A DNA stretch of 63,773 bases, counting the filler, from Licmophora abbreviata (taxonomy: Eukaryota): NCBI GenBank assembly GCA_900291995.1. It is 16 parts of 16 records of this genome, joined end to end, with 100 filler letters (N's around TTAATTAATTAA, not from the genome) between each part and the next. Parts side by side here need not be neighbours in the genome. Positions count along the whole stretch, not along the records: positions 1 to 1,642 come from OLMU01005643.1; positions 1,743 to 15,995 come from OLMU01005644.1; 14 more parts are not named here. One strand, written 5' to 3'. The notes below the pieces were generated by a model. The model ran no database searches. It saw only the letters and a program-made list of their open reading frames with translations, and was not told where the DNA came from. The translations under genes and the position numbers were made by a program. Of this stretch, positions 1 to 9,967 are shown piece by piece (position 1 is the first letter of the stretch; each line of letters opens with the position of its first letter).

Positions 1-949
1 CGAACCCGTGAGCTTCGGCAATCGACAGGAGCTCATCCTGATTGTAGGGCCTGCGATCATTTCCGCGCGCAAGGAAAAGCCGGGTGGGACCGGTTGGCTC
101 GCTGATGCCGAGCTTGTCCAGAATGTCCTGGCGATAGGCCATGAGGACCCGCGGATTGAACGAATAGTCGCTTGTTTCGGGCCAATAGCCGGGGCGCATG
201 TTGATCGGTTCGTGCAGGATCGGATCGATCGAAATCAGGTCTTCGAAGTCATAGAGATCCGTGTCTATACCGATCAGTTCGCGCGTGCCCTTGAAGAGCT
301 CGACGCTTTCGCGGAACTGCGGCATATCCAAGGCCGCCTGCGGGACGATCAGCGGATAAGCGTTGAACCGGTCGGGAAGCGATTGGGCAAGATAGGCCGA
401 GGGCAGGATGTCCAGAAGCCAATGGTACCAGTTGTTGGCCCCCATGCCGAAGACCTTGATGCCGTTTGACTTGGGATGCCTTGGGCCTTCATGGATCAGC
501 CCTTCGCCATTGACGCCATACCAGAAAAGCACGTTTCCATCGGCAATGACGGGGCCTTTCTTGCCGATGTAGTAATCCGGCACGTAGACGGCTTTTGACT
601 TCAGAAACGACGAGCTGAAGGCCGATGCCGCTATGTTTTTGAATTGGCTGGCTTTGATTGGCGGGAAAGAGCCATTGTTCGCTACGCTGCCCTGGCCAAC
701 AGGCCGAGGAGCTTGAGTTTCATATGCCTCTTCGGGCGCCAGAAGGGCAACAGGTTCCGCGAGCTCGAGCGCACTGTGAATGCGCCAGTGACGAAATCCC
801 TGGGACGGAAAAGAAGCGAGTTTGATAAACAAGTGATGATACCACCGGAAGTCGCCTTCATCTGCTTCATAGGTGAAAAACCGTGCCAGCGACCGCACGC
901 ATAGTTTGTACGTTTTTCGTTGATATTTCCTGACCAAGAAACGGAACAT
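1..949 (-). CDS. Glycosyltransferase family 61 / DUF563 protein (3' end runs off window)
   Basis: Not in ORF track. Manual minus-strand translation from ATG 949 (MFRFLVRKYQ...) is open to the window edge and contains NWYHWLLDILP and RLFLARGNDRRPYNQDELLSIAEAHGF, typical GT61 motifs. Confidence 0.75.
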   Translation of the reverse strand, partial: MFRFLVRKYQRKTYKLCVRSLARFFTYEADEGDFRWYHHLFIKLASFPSQGFRHWRIHSALELAEPVALLAPEEAYETQAPRPVGQGSVANNGSFPPIKASQFKNIAASAFSSSFLKSKAVYVPDYYIGKKGPVIADGNVLFWYGVNGEGLIHEGPRHPKSNGIKVFGMGANNWYHWLLDILPSAYLAQSLPDRFNAYPLIVPQAALDMPQFRESVELFKGTRELIGIDTDLYDFEDLISIDPILHEPINMRPGYWPETSDYSFNPRVLMAYRQDILDKLGISEPTGPTRLFLARGNDRRPYNQDELLSIAEAHGF

Positions 950-1398
950 CTACAAAGGCCCTTTCAAAACATTCTTGTCAGAAGGTTTTTCGTTGTGGAA
1001 CGCCGATAAAGCGCGTGGCCATGAGTTTTCGTACCGACAAAGTTAATCATTTCATTCTTCACCAACCCGTAAAAAGCACGTTTAGAGACCTCCCCAGCCG
1101 AATTCGGGGTCAGCGGTTTTTCATACTTCGTCAGGAACATATCTTTAAGGACCGGTCATCGGGGTATTTCGGGGCCTTTTAGTGATGCGACACGCCGCTG
1201 TCACTTGCCAAATCTTCGATTTCCCCGGTCTGTGGTTGGTATAGCGGCAGAGATCAGCCCATTGCGAAATCGGGCAAACTGCTAAATTTGGATAAACACC
1301 AGTTTGATTATGGGCAAGACAAACAAGAAGGTTCCTCCCGTTGCACATTTCTGTTTGTTATGGCACCGGTTGAGGTGGTCAGGGGCGGAAGGCGAACG

Positions 1399-1964
1399 AT
1401 GGACCATACGGAAGAATACGGCGTTTTCATCCATCCCTTGTCAGATGTGCACACGACACAGATCGGTGCCGGTACCCGGATCTGGCAATTCTGCGTGGTG
1501 CTGGAAGGGGCGAGGATCGGGCGCAACGTCAACATCTGTTCGCATTGCTTCATCGAGAACGACGTGTCGATCGGGGACATGTGACCGTCAAGAATGGCGT
1601 GCGGCTTTATGATGGGCTGACTCTTGAAGATCGTGTGTTTGTNNNNNNNNNNNNNNNNNNNNNNNNNNNNNNNNNNNNNNNNNNNNTTAATTAATTAANN
1701 NNNNNNNNNNNNNNNNNNNNNNNNNNNNNNNNNNNNNNNNNNCACGAATGACAAGACCCCGCGATCCAAGGAGTATCCTGAGGAATTCCTAAAGACGCGC
1801 GTGGGGGTCGGGGCCTCGATCGGGGGGGCGCCACGATCCTTCCCGGCCTGACCATTGGCGCCGGTGCGATGATCGGGGCCGGGGCCATGGTGACCAAAGA
1901 CGTGCCCGCAGGTGCCGTCGTGACGGGAAATCCGGCGCGTCAACGTCCGCGCGCGCAGGCTTGA
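1399..1964 (+). CDS. fdtC: WxcM-N/FdtC-like hexapeptide sugar N-acetyltransferase (split by gap, two apparent homopolymer frameshifts)
   Basis: [40 protein letters not shown], then VTVKNGV in a shifted frame; after the gap [34 protein letters not shown], stop 1962-1964. Confidence 0.8.
1643..1742. other. Artificial 100-bp contig linker (N-TTAATTAATTAA-N); 14 more start at 15996, 17282, 23704, 26008, 32182, 34042, 35467, 37020, 38316, 42312, 46745, 51398, 52637, 56553
   Basis: Identical six-frame-stop spacer embedded in Ns; reading frames of genes resume on the other side. Confidence 0.98.
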
Positions 1965-1967
1965 CAC

Positions 1968-2909
1968 TCAGGGTTTCGACAGAAGCTTGCGCATCCCGCG
2001 CTTGATCGCGCGGCGTCGGCCTTTCCAGGAAGTGCGGTAGTCCTGCAGCCTTTGGGCCACCAAGGGATGATAGGCACAGGCGGCATCGAGCGCGTTTTGG
2101 TCGCCCGATGATAGAAGCTGTTCGAAATGGGAATCAAGCAGTTTCAGCAAGACCCGGGGCGGCGGTCTGTCGGCAAAGAACGCGCCATGCCATTCGACCA
2201 GAGTCTTGACCTGTCTGAAGCTGTTGCGATGCAGGTTGTCACCATGCTTGCGATAGGCAAAACCGGGACCGGGGAGCAGTTGAAATGTCTTTTCGGGATG
2301 GGCAGCGAGATGGCGAAACAGGCGCGTGCGCAGGATGATGTCATCGCCGATCAGCGTGTCGTCAAAGCCCCCCACCGCGTCGATGGCATCGCGGCGGAAG
2401 AGCTGCCCTTGGATATAGAAGCTGTGGGCATTGGCATATTCGACATCCAGAAGATCATCCGCCGTCTGGATGGCATCATCGTCGATCGGCATCGATGCTT
2501 TTTCGGTGATCATGGCGCCCTGTTGGTCGATCACGCGATTGCTGCGGTCGGCGACGAAGGCGATGCTGTCATCGGCTTTCATCACCGCAAGCTTGCGGTC
2601 GATGCATTCGGGCAGCAGCAGATCGTCGAGCGACAGGAAGGTGACGAAGCGGCCCGTGCTTGCGCGGAGCGCGGTGTTGAAATTTCCCGGCACGTTTGCG
2701 GTATTGGCCTGCTCGATGAAGCGCGCGGGAAAGGGACTGTCCTTCAGGGTTTCCCGGATGATGTCGGGATTGCCGTCTGTCGATCCGTCATCCACGATGA
2801 CGAGTTCGAGATCGCGGCAGCTCTGGTCAAAGACCGAACGCAGCGCCGCCGCCGAATAGGCCGCTTGGTTATAGGACACGCAGAGGACGGAGACGAGGTT
2901 GGGCATCAC
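1968..2909 (-). CDS. Glycosyltransferase family 2
   Basis: VSVLCVSYN..ELVIVDDGSTDG, FLSLDD (DxD-like), VGGFD..GDD. Confidence 0.9.
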   Translation of the reverse strand: MMPNLVSVLCVSYNQAAYSAAALRSVFDQSCRDLELVIVDDGSTDGNPDIIRETLKDSPFPARFIEQANTANVPGNFNTALRASTGRFVTFLSLDDLLLPECIDRKLAVMKADDSIAFVADRSNRVIDQQGAMITEKASMPIDDDAIQTADDLLDVEYANAHSFYIQGQLFRRDAIDAVGGFDDTLIGDDIILRTRLFRHLAAHPEKTFQLLPGPGFAYRKHGDNLHRNSFRQVKTLVEWHGAFFADRPPPRVLLKLLDSHFEQLLSSGDQNALDAACAYHPLVAQRLQDYRTSWKGRRRAIKRGMRKLLSKP

Positions 2910-3290
2910 CTGTATAAGCTATCTCGTCGTGCATAGGCTGTGAACAGCTTTATATGCAAATTCGGCAACTGGTTGACGATACGCCCCATTTTATAAACGC
3001 CACATTGGAAACGAGAAATTATTTGGAACATCCAGAAGTTTGTTCCCGCCTCAGGCCAGTATCAGAGTATGGGACGATGATCCCGATTGGATAAAAGTCT
3101 ACTGCAAACCATCACAGGCTTCTATCGACACAGGACTTTCAAAGTGTCTGAAGGTTGATTTCTGGCGCCATGCGACGCGTATTTCAGCCGCTTCTTCGCC
3201 ATGAACTTGGGCGAGATATTGGTGCATTGGTCCCAGTGCTGAAAGCAGAAGGGCCTTGATATGTTTGGTCGGAAGGCCGATCAGCGCCAG

Positions 3291-5135
3291 TCAACGAGAG
3301 GACGGAACACCGTTTTTTACCGCATCAAGGGACATTGGTTTGAAAAGTATGATGGCGAACGTTTCATCAGACCTTCCCCAATTTGGAGCAGATACAGTAG
3401 CGACCCGTTCAAACTGTTGCTCGAAGACAATACCAAGATCGTCAAGGCGCTCAAGAAACATGCGAAAGTGGGGGGCGTTTTGATCCAATGCGCCCGTGTC
3501 GTCCAGTCGAACAAGGACCCAGCCATTAACGAAAACGCTGTTGTCGAGTTCGGCAAATATCGCACGGCTGAAGCCGGGCCCGAAATAATCAAGGAACCAC
3601 GCCGCGCCGGGAGCGCGCCCATTCAGAAGGTGGACGGCGATGGGCAATTGACCCGTCAAATCAAATATCGTTGGTGCCTCAGCTTCGGTGCCAGCATATG
3701 AGTGTAAATTCATGACTTCAACAAATTCGGCAACTGGCGGAGTAACGTTCATCCGTTCCTCATCGGGAAACATCATCGTCACTCGTGCACTCGCAAGATC
3801 ACCTGCGAGCCTGTAAGGATCGTGTGTCGCGCTATAGGCAGAGAGGATTACCACAAACCCGGCCAGCGCCAACACAACTGTTCTGGCCGGTGCAGCGACG
3901 TGCTCTGAGACGGCTGACAGAACGATCCAGGCCGGTATCAAAGAGAGCCCAGTCCCAATGTATAGAATTTGAATTTCATATGAGTTGACCGTTCCAAAAA
4001 TTATGATCAGCGGTGCAACAAACGAGCCTGCGGCAAGCACATGTCCGGAGAAAGACAAATTCGCAATAGGCCAAAAGGCAATGGAGATAAGGATACCCAG
4101 TGTAAATACCGATATCATGTGGTCTTTGATGGTTGACGATCCAACATTGCTCAATATCAAGACGATACCGAGCACCGAGATGGTTGCGACCGCCGCTGCG
4201 AGAATTATGAAACGCGTTTGCCCGCTCAACCGGCGGGCAGGGGGAGTGAGGGCAGCCAAAGCGAGCAATGCTGGCAACGCCACCATCCATCCGTCGTGCC
4301 TCATGGTTGATAAGGAACCGCTGAAGAAGTCATACAGTTGCTTGAAAGACTCTATTCCCAGAAGGTTCGTGGAATGTGCGCCCCCGATAGAGTAAACGCG
4401 GAGTCCATTTCTAAAAGACTCCACGATATGCGGGAGCATTCCAGTAAACAATTGAAAGAGGGCCAGAAACACACCAAAGCCAAGAACTCCGGCTACCAGA
4501 AAACTGACAAAAAGCGACGCGGACCGTAGAGCAACTGCCATGCTGCTCGAGACGATTAAAATGAAAATCGAAAAGCTGATTGCCGTGGACGCTTTCGTCA
4601 AAACTAGCATGGCGATAAGTGCGCCGACGATCCCAGCAAGAGCCAGCGCCTTGGCTTTCCGCCCACGGAGTTGCATTTCAATGCCTGTAGCAATCAGGGC
4701 AACTCCGAAAAGAACCAATGTCAAAGCGATCGCATTGTAAGATGGATCAAGGATGAAGCTCGCGAAATAGGTACTGGCAGCTGCGGCTGCTACGAACACG
4801 CCCTTGACTACCGTGAACATTTCAAGCTGCTGACGCACCACTAGCGACGCTGCAAAAACCAACGAAATACCGCTGAGAGTGATGACAAAGATATTTGCGA
4901 GCCTGTTGGATGCGATGCTGTGCTCGCCGATCAGAAAGTTCCAAACCAGCCCGAAATGTGTGACCGTGTGCGTTATGGCTTCTGGCTGATGGATGTGAAG
5001 CAGGTAAAATCCGTGATCGCCAAGCTCATATCCCGAGTTGACATTTTTAAGGAGTATGAAGAAAAACACAAACACTGCAATTACGAGATACGCGACTTGG
5101 GCGTTTCCTAAGTGATCGGTATGTTTGCTGTTCAT
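3291..5135 (-). CDS. Polytopic membrane protein, probable GT-C-fold glycosyltransferase
   Basis: 614 aa, many hydrophobic helices, acidic loop motif GYELGDHGFYLL after TM1, soluble C-terminal domain, polysaccharide-locus context. Confidence 0.55.
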   Translation of the reverse strand: MNSKHTDHLGNAQVAYLVIAVFVFFFILLKNVNSGYELGDHGFYLLHIHQPEAITHTVTHFGLVWNFLIGEHSIASNRLANIFVITLSGISLVFAASLVVRQQLEMFTVVKGVFVAAAAASTYFASFILDPSYNAIALTLVLFGVALIATGIEMQLRGRKAKALALAGIVGALIAMLVLTKASTAISFSIFILIVSSSMAVALRSASLFVSFLVAGVLGFGVFLALFQLFTGMLPHIVESFRNGLRVYSIGGAHSTNLLGIESFKQLYDFFSGSLSTMRHDGWMVALPALLALAALTPPARRLSGQTRFIILAAAVATISVLGIVLILSNVGSSTIKDHMISVFTLGILISIAFWPIANLSFSGHVLAAGSFVAPLIIIFGTVNSYEIQILYIGTGLSLIPAWIVLSAVSEHVAAPARTVVLALAGFVVILSAYSATHDPYRLAGDLASARVTMMFPDEERMNVTPPVAEFVEVMNLHSYAGTEAEAPTIFDLTGQLPIAVHLLNGRAPGAAWFLDYFGPGFSRAIFAELDNSVFVNGWVLVRLDDTGALDQNAPHFRMFLERLDDLGIVFEQQFERVATVSAPNWGRSDETFAIILFKPMSLDAVKNGVPSSR

Positions 5136-5482
5136 GATCCGTTTTTACCCTGAGCAATGCGCCACTTGATCTCTCGATGCCCGCCTTTTCAAAAAGCTGC
5201 TAATACTTGTCTTGTTTGAAATGCTCTTTCTTTCATCGCCACTTGCCTTGATAAGTGTTTGTTGTTTTGGTTCCAAGTCAACGGGCGACGGAACGCCGAT
5301 TTTTCATGGTCGCGTGTCGGTTTGCGATACAATTCAATGTATGAGTGCGCGTCGAGGTGTGTCGCCGCCAGCGTGCGTTGCCAATTGCCTAACTAAAATG
5401 GTGACAAGTTGACTTGGAGTGACTAGTGATCCGCGCTATGCAGCTCAAAGACCATATTTCGATCGGGCGAAGCAAACGCGAC

Positions 5483-6472
5483 ATGACGGACTTCAAGGCC
5501 AAGATCGCAGCTCCTCACGTCGGGTTGACCGACGAAACGGAGAAATATGACGTTGCGGTCATAGTACCTTTTTACAAGGGGGCGGTATTTGTATCAGAGC
5601 TGGTGGACAGAACTCATCTAGCACTCGAAAATCAGGGACTGTCTTTCCAACTGGTGTTGATCGATGATCGAAGCCCCGGAAACGACTGGACTGAAATCGA
5701 AGCCGCCGCCGCCGCGGATAGCCGCGTCGTAGGCATACGCCTTAGCCGGAATTTCGGCCAACACGCAGCCATTTCCGCAGGGATCGCATATGCTCGGGCG
5801 CGGTGGTACGTCGTTATGGATTGTGACCTTCAGGATCCGCCCGAGCAGATACCCGCACTTTACCAACATGCTGTGGACAACCAGTTGGATGTCGTGATCG
5901 CTGAACGTTCTGCCTCTGGGCATGGACGCCGCCGCAGTTACGGATCCAGGTTGTTCTACGGCATGTTTCGCTGGGTTTCAGGTCTGGAAGTGTCCTCTGA
6001 GATTGGCAATTTCCGGTTGTTTTCACACAAGGTGGCGGAGGCATATCGCGCCTACCCCGAGCAACTGCGTCTTTTCCCGGCGATCATGGCTCAGGTTGGT
6101 TTCTCTACCGGCTCGATCCGCGTCCCGCGATCAACAAGGGCGGAAGGCAAGTCGTCATACACGTATTTGAAGCTTGCTTCTCTTGCCTTGGAAGCCATCA
6201 TTGCATACTCGGAACGGCCACTATGGTGGATCGCGGGTTTGGGGCTTGCTGTATGTCTGGGCGCGCTTGTCTTTGGCTTCGTCATAATGATCCAATATGC
6301 AATCGGAGCAATTGAGGTGGCTGGGTTCGCCACGCTTGCCATCTTGACAACTTTTTTGGGTGGCGCTCATCTGTTTGTCATCAGCATTGTCGGGCTGTAT
6401 GTCGGACGGGTTCTGGCAGAGGCCAAGCACCGTCCGATCTTTATCGTCGATGAAATCGCCAGAAAAGACTGA
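5483..6472 (+). CDS. GtrB/ArnC-like polyprenyl-phosphate glycosyltransferase (GT2)
   Basis: LIDDRSP, LSRNFGQHAAISAG, VVMDCDLQDPPE, R..GKSSYT, two C-terminal TMs, EAKHRPIFIV. Confidence 0.9.
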   Translation: MTDFKAKIAAPHVGLTDETEKYDVAVIVPFYKGAVFVSELVDRTHLALENQGLSFQLVLIDDRSPGNDWTEIEAAAAADSRVVGIRLSRNFGQHAAISAGIAYARARWYVVMDCDLQDPPEQIPALYQHAVDNQLDVVIAERSASGHGRRRSYGSRLFYGMFRWVSGLEVSSEIGNFRLFSHKVAEAYRAYPEQLRLFPAIMAQVGFSTGSIRVPRSTRAEGKSSYTYLKLASLALEAIIAYSERPLWWIAGLGLAVCLGALVFGFVIMIQYAIGAIEVAGFATLAILTTFLGGAHLFVISIVGLYVGRVLAEAKHRPIFIVDEIARKD

Positions 6473-6485
6473 AGACAGTTTGTCT

Positions 6486-7157
6486 ATGGAGCCAACGATA
6501 GTCTGGGGCACCGGATCTCAGGCCAGGATATACACCCAGGAACTTTTGAGCCGAGGGTATGAAAACGTCACGCTTGTGGATCTGGTTTCAAAAACCGTAC
6601 CTGAGTGGGCGTCGTGTTTTCCAATAGTGCGTGAGTCGGACCAGCTCGCAGACTTATTGCTCAAGAAGTCCCGGTTTATCGTCGCCATAGGAGGCTTACA
6701 CGGAGCGGTCCGAACTCATCTCCTCGACGACTTGCGATTTCGTGGACACACGCCTTTAAATCTGATCGATGCATCTGCAAACCTCAAACAAACCGTAGAT
6801 CTTGGAAGCATGTTGGTCGCGCTGCAAGGTGTGCAGGTCAATCATTTTGTCAGGTTGGGAAACGGCGTCATCTTGAACACAGGCTGCACCGTGGATCATG
6901 AATGCATTATCGCTGACGGCGTTCACATCATGGGAGGCGCGGCCATTGCAGGGCGGGTTTCAATCGGTCGTTTCGCATCGATAGGCACCAACGCGACCGT
7001 ACTTCCAGACATCTCCATCGGGGAAGGCGCAGTCATCGGTGCTGGCGCGGTCGTGACCCGTGATGTTGCGGATTTCACGGTGGTCGCAGGTGTTCCGGCT
7101 AGATTTATTCGCGAAGCTGAACGCCCAGTCATTCCTGACTCAACCCCTTCAGGTTGA
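6486..7157 (+). CDS. PglD/NeuD-like hexapeptide sugar acetyltransferase
   Basis: N-terminal WGTGSQAR, FIVAIGG, LNTGCTVDHEC catalytic His, IGAGAVVTRDV..VAGVPAR. Confidence 0.85.
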   Translation: MEPTIVWGTGSQARIYTQELLSRGYENVTLVDLVSKTVPEWASCFPIVRESDQLADLLLKKSRFIVAIGGLHGAVRTHLLDDLRFRGHTPLNLIDASANLKQTVDLGSMLVALQGVQVNHFVRLGNGVILNTGCTVDHECIIADGVHIMGGAAIAGRVSIGRFASIGTNATVLPDISIGEGAVIGAGAVVTRDVADFTVVAGVPARFIREAERPVIPDSTPSG

Positions 7158-7162
7158 TTGTC

Positions 7163-7555
7163 ATGAAGTTTGGGTTGGTCCACGCTAGGTACATATTTGT
7201 TGGTTTGATCACGAATGTGTCCGTACTGGCGGTATATTATTCGCTCACGTTGTTTGCCGGTGTCGGGCCGAAAAGTGCTTTGTTCTTCGCAACCTTGTTG
7301 GGCCTTGTGCTGAATTATCTTGCGAACAGCACGTGGACATTTAATTCCTCGACCAAAAGATTTCATTCCGGCCTGCGCTATCTCGTCGGTTATGGGGCAA
7401 GCTACGCTCTGCAGTGGCTTATACTGTACGTGGGTACGGATTTACTCGGTTTCGCGCATCAATGGGTTGTTCTGGTAGGACTCGTAATCGCCTCGATCAG
7501 CTTTTTTCAAATTCAAAGGTATTGGGTATTTGCCTCCGGCGCCAAGCCACGCTAG
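7163..7555 (+). CDS. GtrA-family flippase
   Basis: ~130 aa, four TMs, RYIFVG, NYLANSTWTF, terminal RYWVF. Confidence 0.85.
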   Translation: MKFGLVHARYIFVGLITNVSVLAVYYSLTLFAGVGPKSALFFATLLGLVLNYLANSTWTFNSSTKRFHSGLRYLVGYGASYALQWLILYVGTDLLGFAHQWVVLVGLVIASISFFQIQRYWVFASGAKPR

Positions 7556-7604
7556 ACCCACGCATCACCAGCATTATGCACAGACCAAGAAAAAATCGCG
7601 AAAC

Positions 7605-9137
7605 ATGGGCAGGTTTTCTGAAATAGATAAGGGTCTAGTGCTGTTTGTGTTGGCTCTCCTTGTTGGACTGGCGCTCAGGTTGAACGGGCTGGCTGAACAG
7701 GCGCTGTCTTCCTTTGACGAGGCTGCCTACATACTGGAAGGCGCAAATATTGCAGGTTATGAGCCTTCGGCGCCTCTCTACTATGCTAGGCCGGGCTATG
7801 TGACGCTAATCGCCGGTTTTCGTCTTTTGTGGGACGATCCCATTGCTTCGGCAAGAGCAGTGACCCTGATCTCCTTTGTGGCGTCGATGCTCATACTTTG
7901 GGTATTCGTCGGTAGGATTTATGGGAAAACAGCAAGAAACATCGCTGTAATCGTCTTCGCCGTGCTGCCACTCAATGTGTATTATGGGCGGCTCATTTAT
8001 CCTGATGTGCTGGCCGCAGGCTTGCTGTTGGCCAGTATTATGTTTTTCCTGCAAGCCATTGCGCCATGCATATCAGAGTCAGGGAAAATCCGGCAAAAGA
8101 CCCAAGAAGTAAGTCGGGGATGGCTTCTGGCGGCCGGCTTTTTTGCAGGGTATTTTGTTACAGTTGGCAGCTACCGTGTCGCACCGGTCTTGGCAGCGGT
8201 GGTGGCGGTATGCCTTATCACTTTGTTTAGGCTCAGGGCCAACGACGCAAAGCTGAAGACCAAGACGTTTTTGGCGGTTCTTGCCGCCCTGTTTCCAGTC
8301 GTTTTGTTTCAGGTCGAGTTCGATTTTCTCGACCAGATGTTTAATCTGGCCTTCCTGTATCCGAGGGAGGCCGGCACAGGCATGATCAATGTTGATCCCA
8401 TTTATTACCTGCATGTACTCATATTTTATTTTACCCCCGTTGCGCTGTATCTAGTGGTATTTGCCCTGTTAAAATTGGGTTCGTGGCGCAGCGGTATAAA
8501 CACGGCACTCAGCAGACTGAGCGAACCCAGATTCCAGTTGCTTGTTGTGATCTCTGTATTACCTGCTCTTTTTCACACGTTTTATGCCTTGCGCGGCGTA
8601 AAGCTGCTCAGCCCGAGCCTGCCTTGGATTGCAATATTCTTCGCCCTTGGATTGGCGCGGATCCCGAACACGATAGTGCGAAATGCGCTCATCGGGCTTT
8701 CTGCAATTCTGTTTATTTTCCAATCTCAGAAAGTGACCCACGACATGGGCTATAGTGGGCTATACGAGCTGGCAGATGTTGCAGGGCAAATACCCGGTGT
8801 TATCGTTGATAATGGAGGGGGATGGGTGCTGGCTGTCAGCTCTGAAACGCTTGATCCGAATGTGACCCAGCTTGTTCCGTCATGGTGGTGCGAATGGGCC
8901 CCCGACATGTGCAATACAGAATACAAGATCATGACGAATGAACAAATCAATGCACTCGACCCGATCGTGAAAGATCAATATGAAATTCTATCGACGCATG
9001 AAGTCACGATGGGGAAACATGCAGCTCACCTTTCATATTTGGAGGGCGCAGCAATGCCGCCGAGTATGAAAATGGAAAGTCTGTGGCACGAACAATCAGC
9101 CATAACACTATACTGGCACATCGTCCGGCAACGCTGA
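7605..9137 (+). CDS. ArnT/PMT-like GT-C glycosyltransferase
   Basis: LALRL..SFDEAAY motif after TM1, RPGY, YPD, polytopic with soluble C-terminus. Confidence 0.75.
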   Translation: MGRFSEIDKGLVLFVLALLVGLALRLNGLAEQALSSFDEAAYILEGANIAGYEPSAPLYYARPGYVTLIAGFRLLWDDPIASARAVTLISFVASMLILWVFVGRIYGKTARNIAVIVFAVLPLNVYYGRLIYPDVLAAGLLLASIMFFLQAIAPCISESGKIRQKTQEVSRGWLLAAGFFAGYFVTVGSYRVAPVLAAVVAVCLITLFRLRANDAKLKTKTFLAVLAALFPVVLFQVEFDFLDQMFNLAFLYPREAGTGMINVDPIYYLHVLIFYFTPVALYLVVFALLKLGSWRSGINTALSRLSEPRFQLLVVISVLPALFHTFYALRGVKLLSPSLPWIAIFFALGLARIPNTIVRNALIGLSAILFIFQSQKVTHDMGYSGLYELADVAGQIPGVIVDNGGGWVLAVSSETLDPNVTQLVPSWWCEWAPDMCNTEYKIMTNEQINALDPIVKDQYEILSTHEVTMGKHAAHLSYLEGAAMPPSMKMESLWHEQSAITLYWHIVRQR

Positions 9138-9174
9138 CAATCTGCACAGTTTGCAACACAAAGGTAGTAACGTG

Positions 9175-9792
9175 ATGACACTAGATGCCAGAAGCTATTT
9201 GGAAAACTCAAACGTATATTCGTTTTTCCAATGGTGCGTTGGTGCCGGCAACTTGCGTCGTGAATTCAGGGATAGTTTGATCCGCCCCTATCCCGGCATG
9301 CGGATGCTTGATGTGGGATGCGGCCCGGCAGACATTCTCAGATATCTGCCTGACAGCATGCATTACGTCGGTGTCGATGGAAGCGAAAAGTATATTGCTC
9401 GTGCCCGCGAAGCACATGGCGATCGGGGCGAATTCATTCATCTGCAGTTCGAATCCACTGGCTCCCCGGAGCAGTTGAACGTCGAGCCCTTTGATCTCGT
9501 GGCTTCGATGGGCGTGCTGCATCATCTTGATGACCATCAAGCGATTGAGATGCTTAAATGGAGCAAATCCATGTTCTCGCAGGATGCTCGCTTCGTTTCT
9601 TTTGACGGTTGTTATGTGGAGGGGCAAAGCCCAATCGCGCGTTACATGCTTTCAAAAGACCGAGGGGAGTATGTTCGCACGAAAGAGCAATACTTGGAGA
9701 TCGCTTCAAAAGTGTTTTCCAATGTAAAGGCGACGGTTGCGCCCAATAGGCTTCGCTTTCCATACACGCATTTATTCCTTGAATGCAGCTAG
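9175..9792 (+). CDS. Class I SAM-dependent methyltransferase
   Basis: MLDVGCGPA, YVGVD, FDLV..GVLHHLDD, DRGEYVRT. Confidence 0.85.
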   Translation: MTLDARSYLENSNVYSFFQWCVGAGNLRREFRDSLIRPYPGMRMLDVGCGPADILRYLPDSMHYVGVDGSEKYIARAREAHGDRGEFIHLQFESTGSPEQLNVEPFDLVASMGVLHHLDDHQAIEMLKWSKSMFSQDARFVSFDGCYVEGQSPIARYMLSKDRGEYVRTKEQYLEIASKVFSNVKATVAPNRLRFPYTHLFLECS

Positions 9793-9967
9793 CGAAGCTT
9801 TCAGGGGCGTCGCGGGGGTCTGATCCGAGGTAAAATCAGGACCCGCTTGATATCAATGGTCTTGAGATTCATCTACCTTGTTTGTAGGCAATCCTGAACA
9901 TGCGATCTTCAAACGGCCATATGTCTCTTGAATGAGACTTCGAGAATTAGACAAAGGTCTCAGAACA

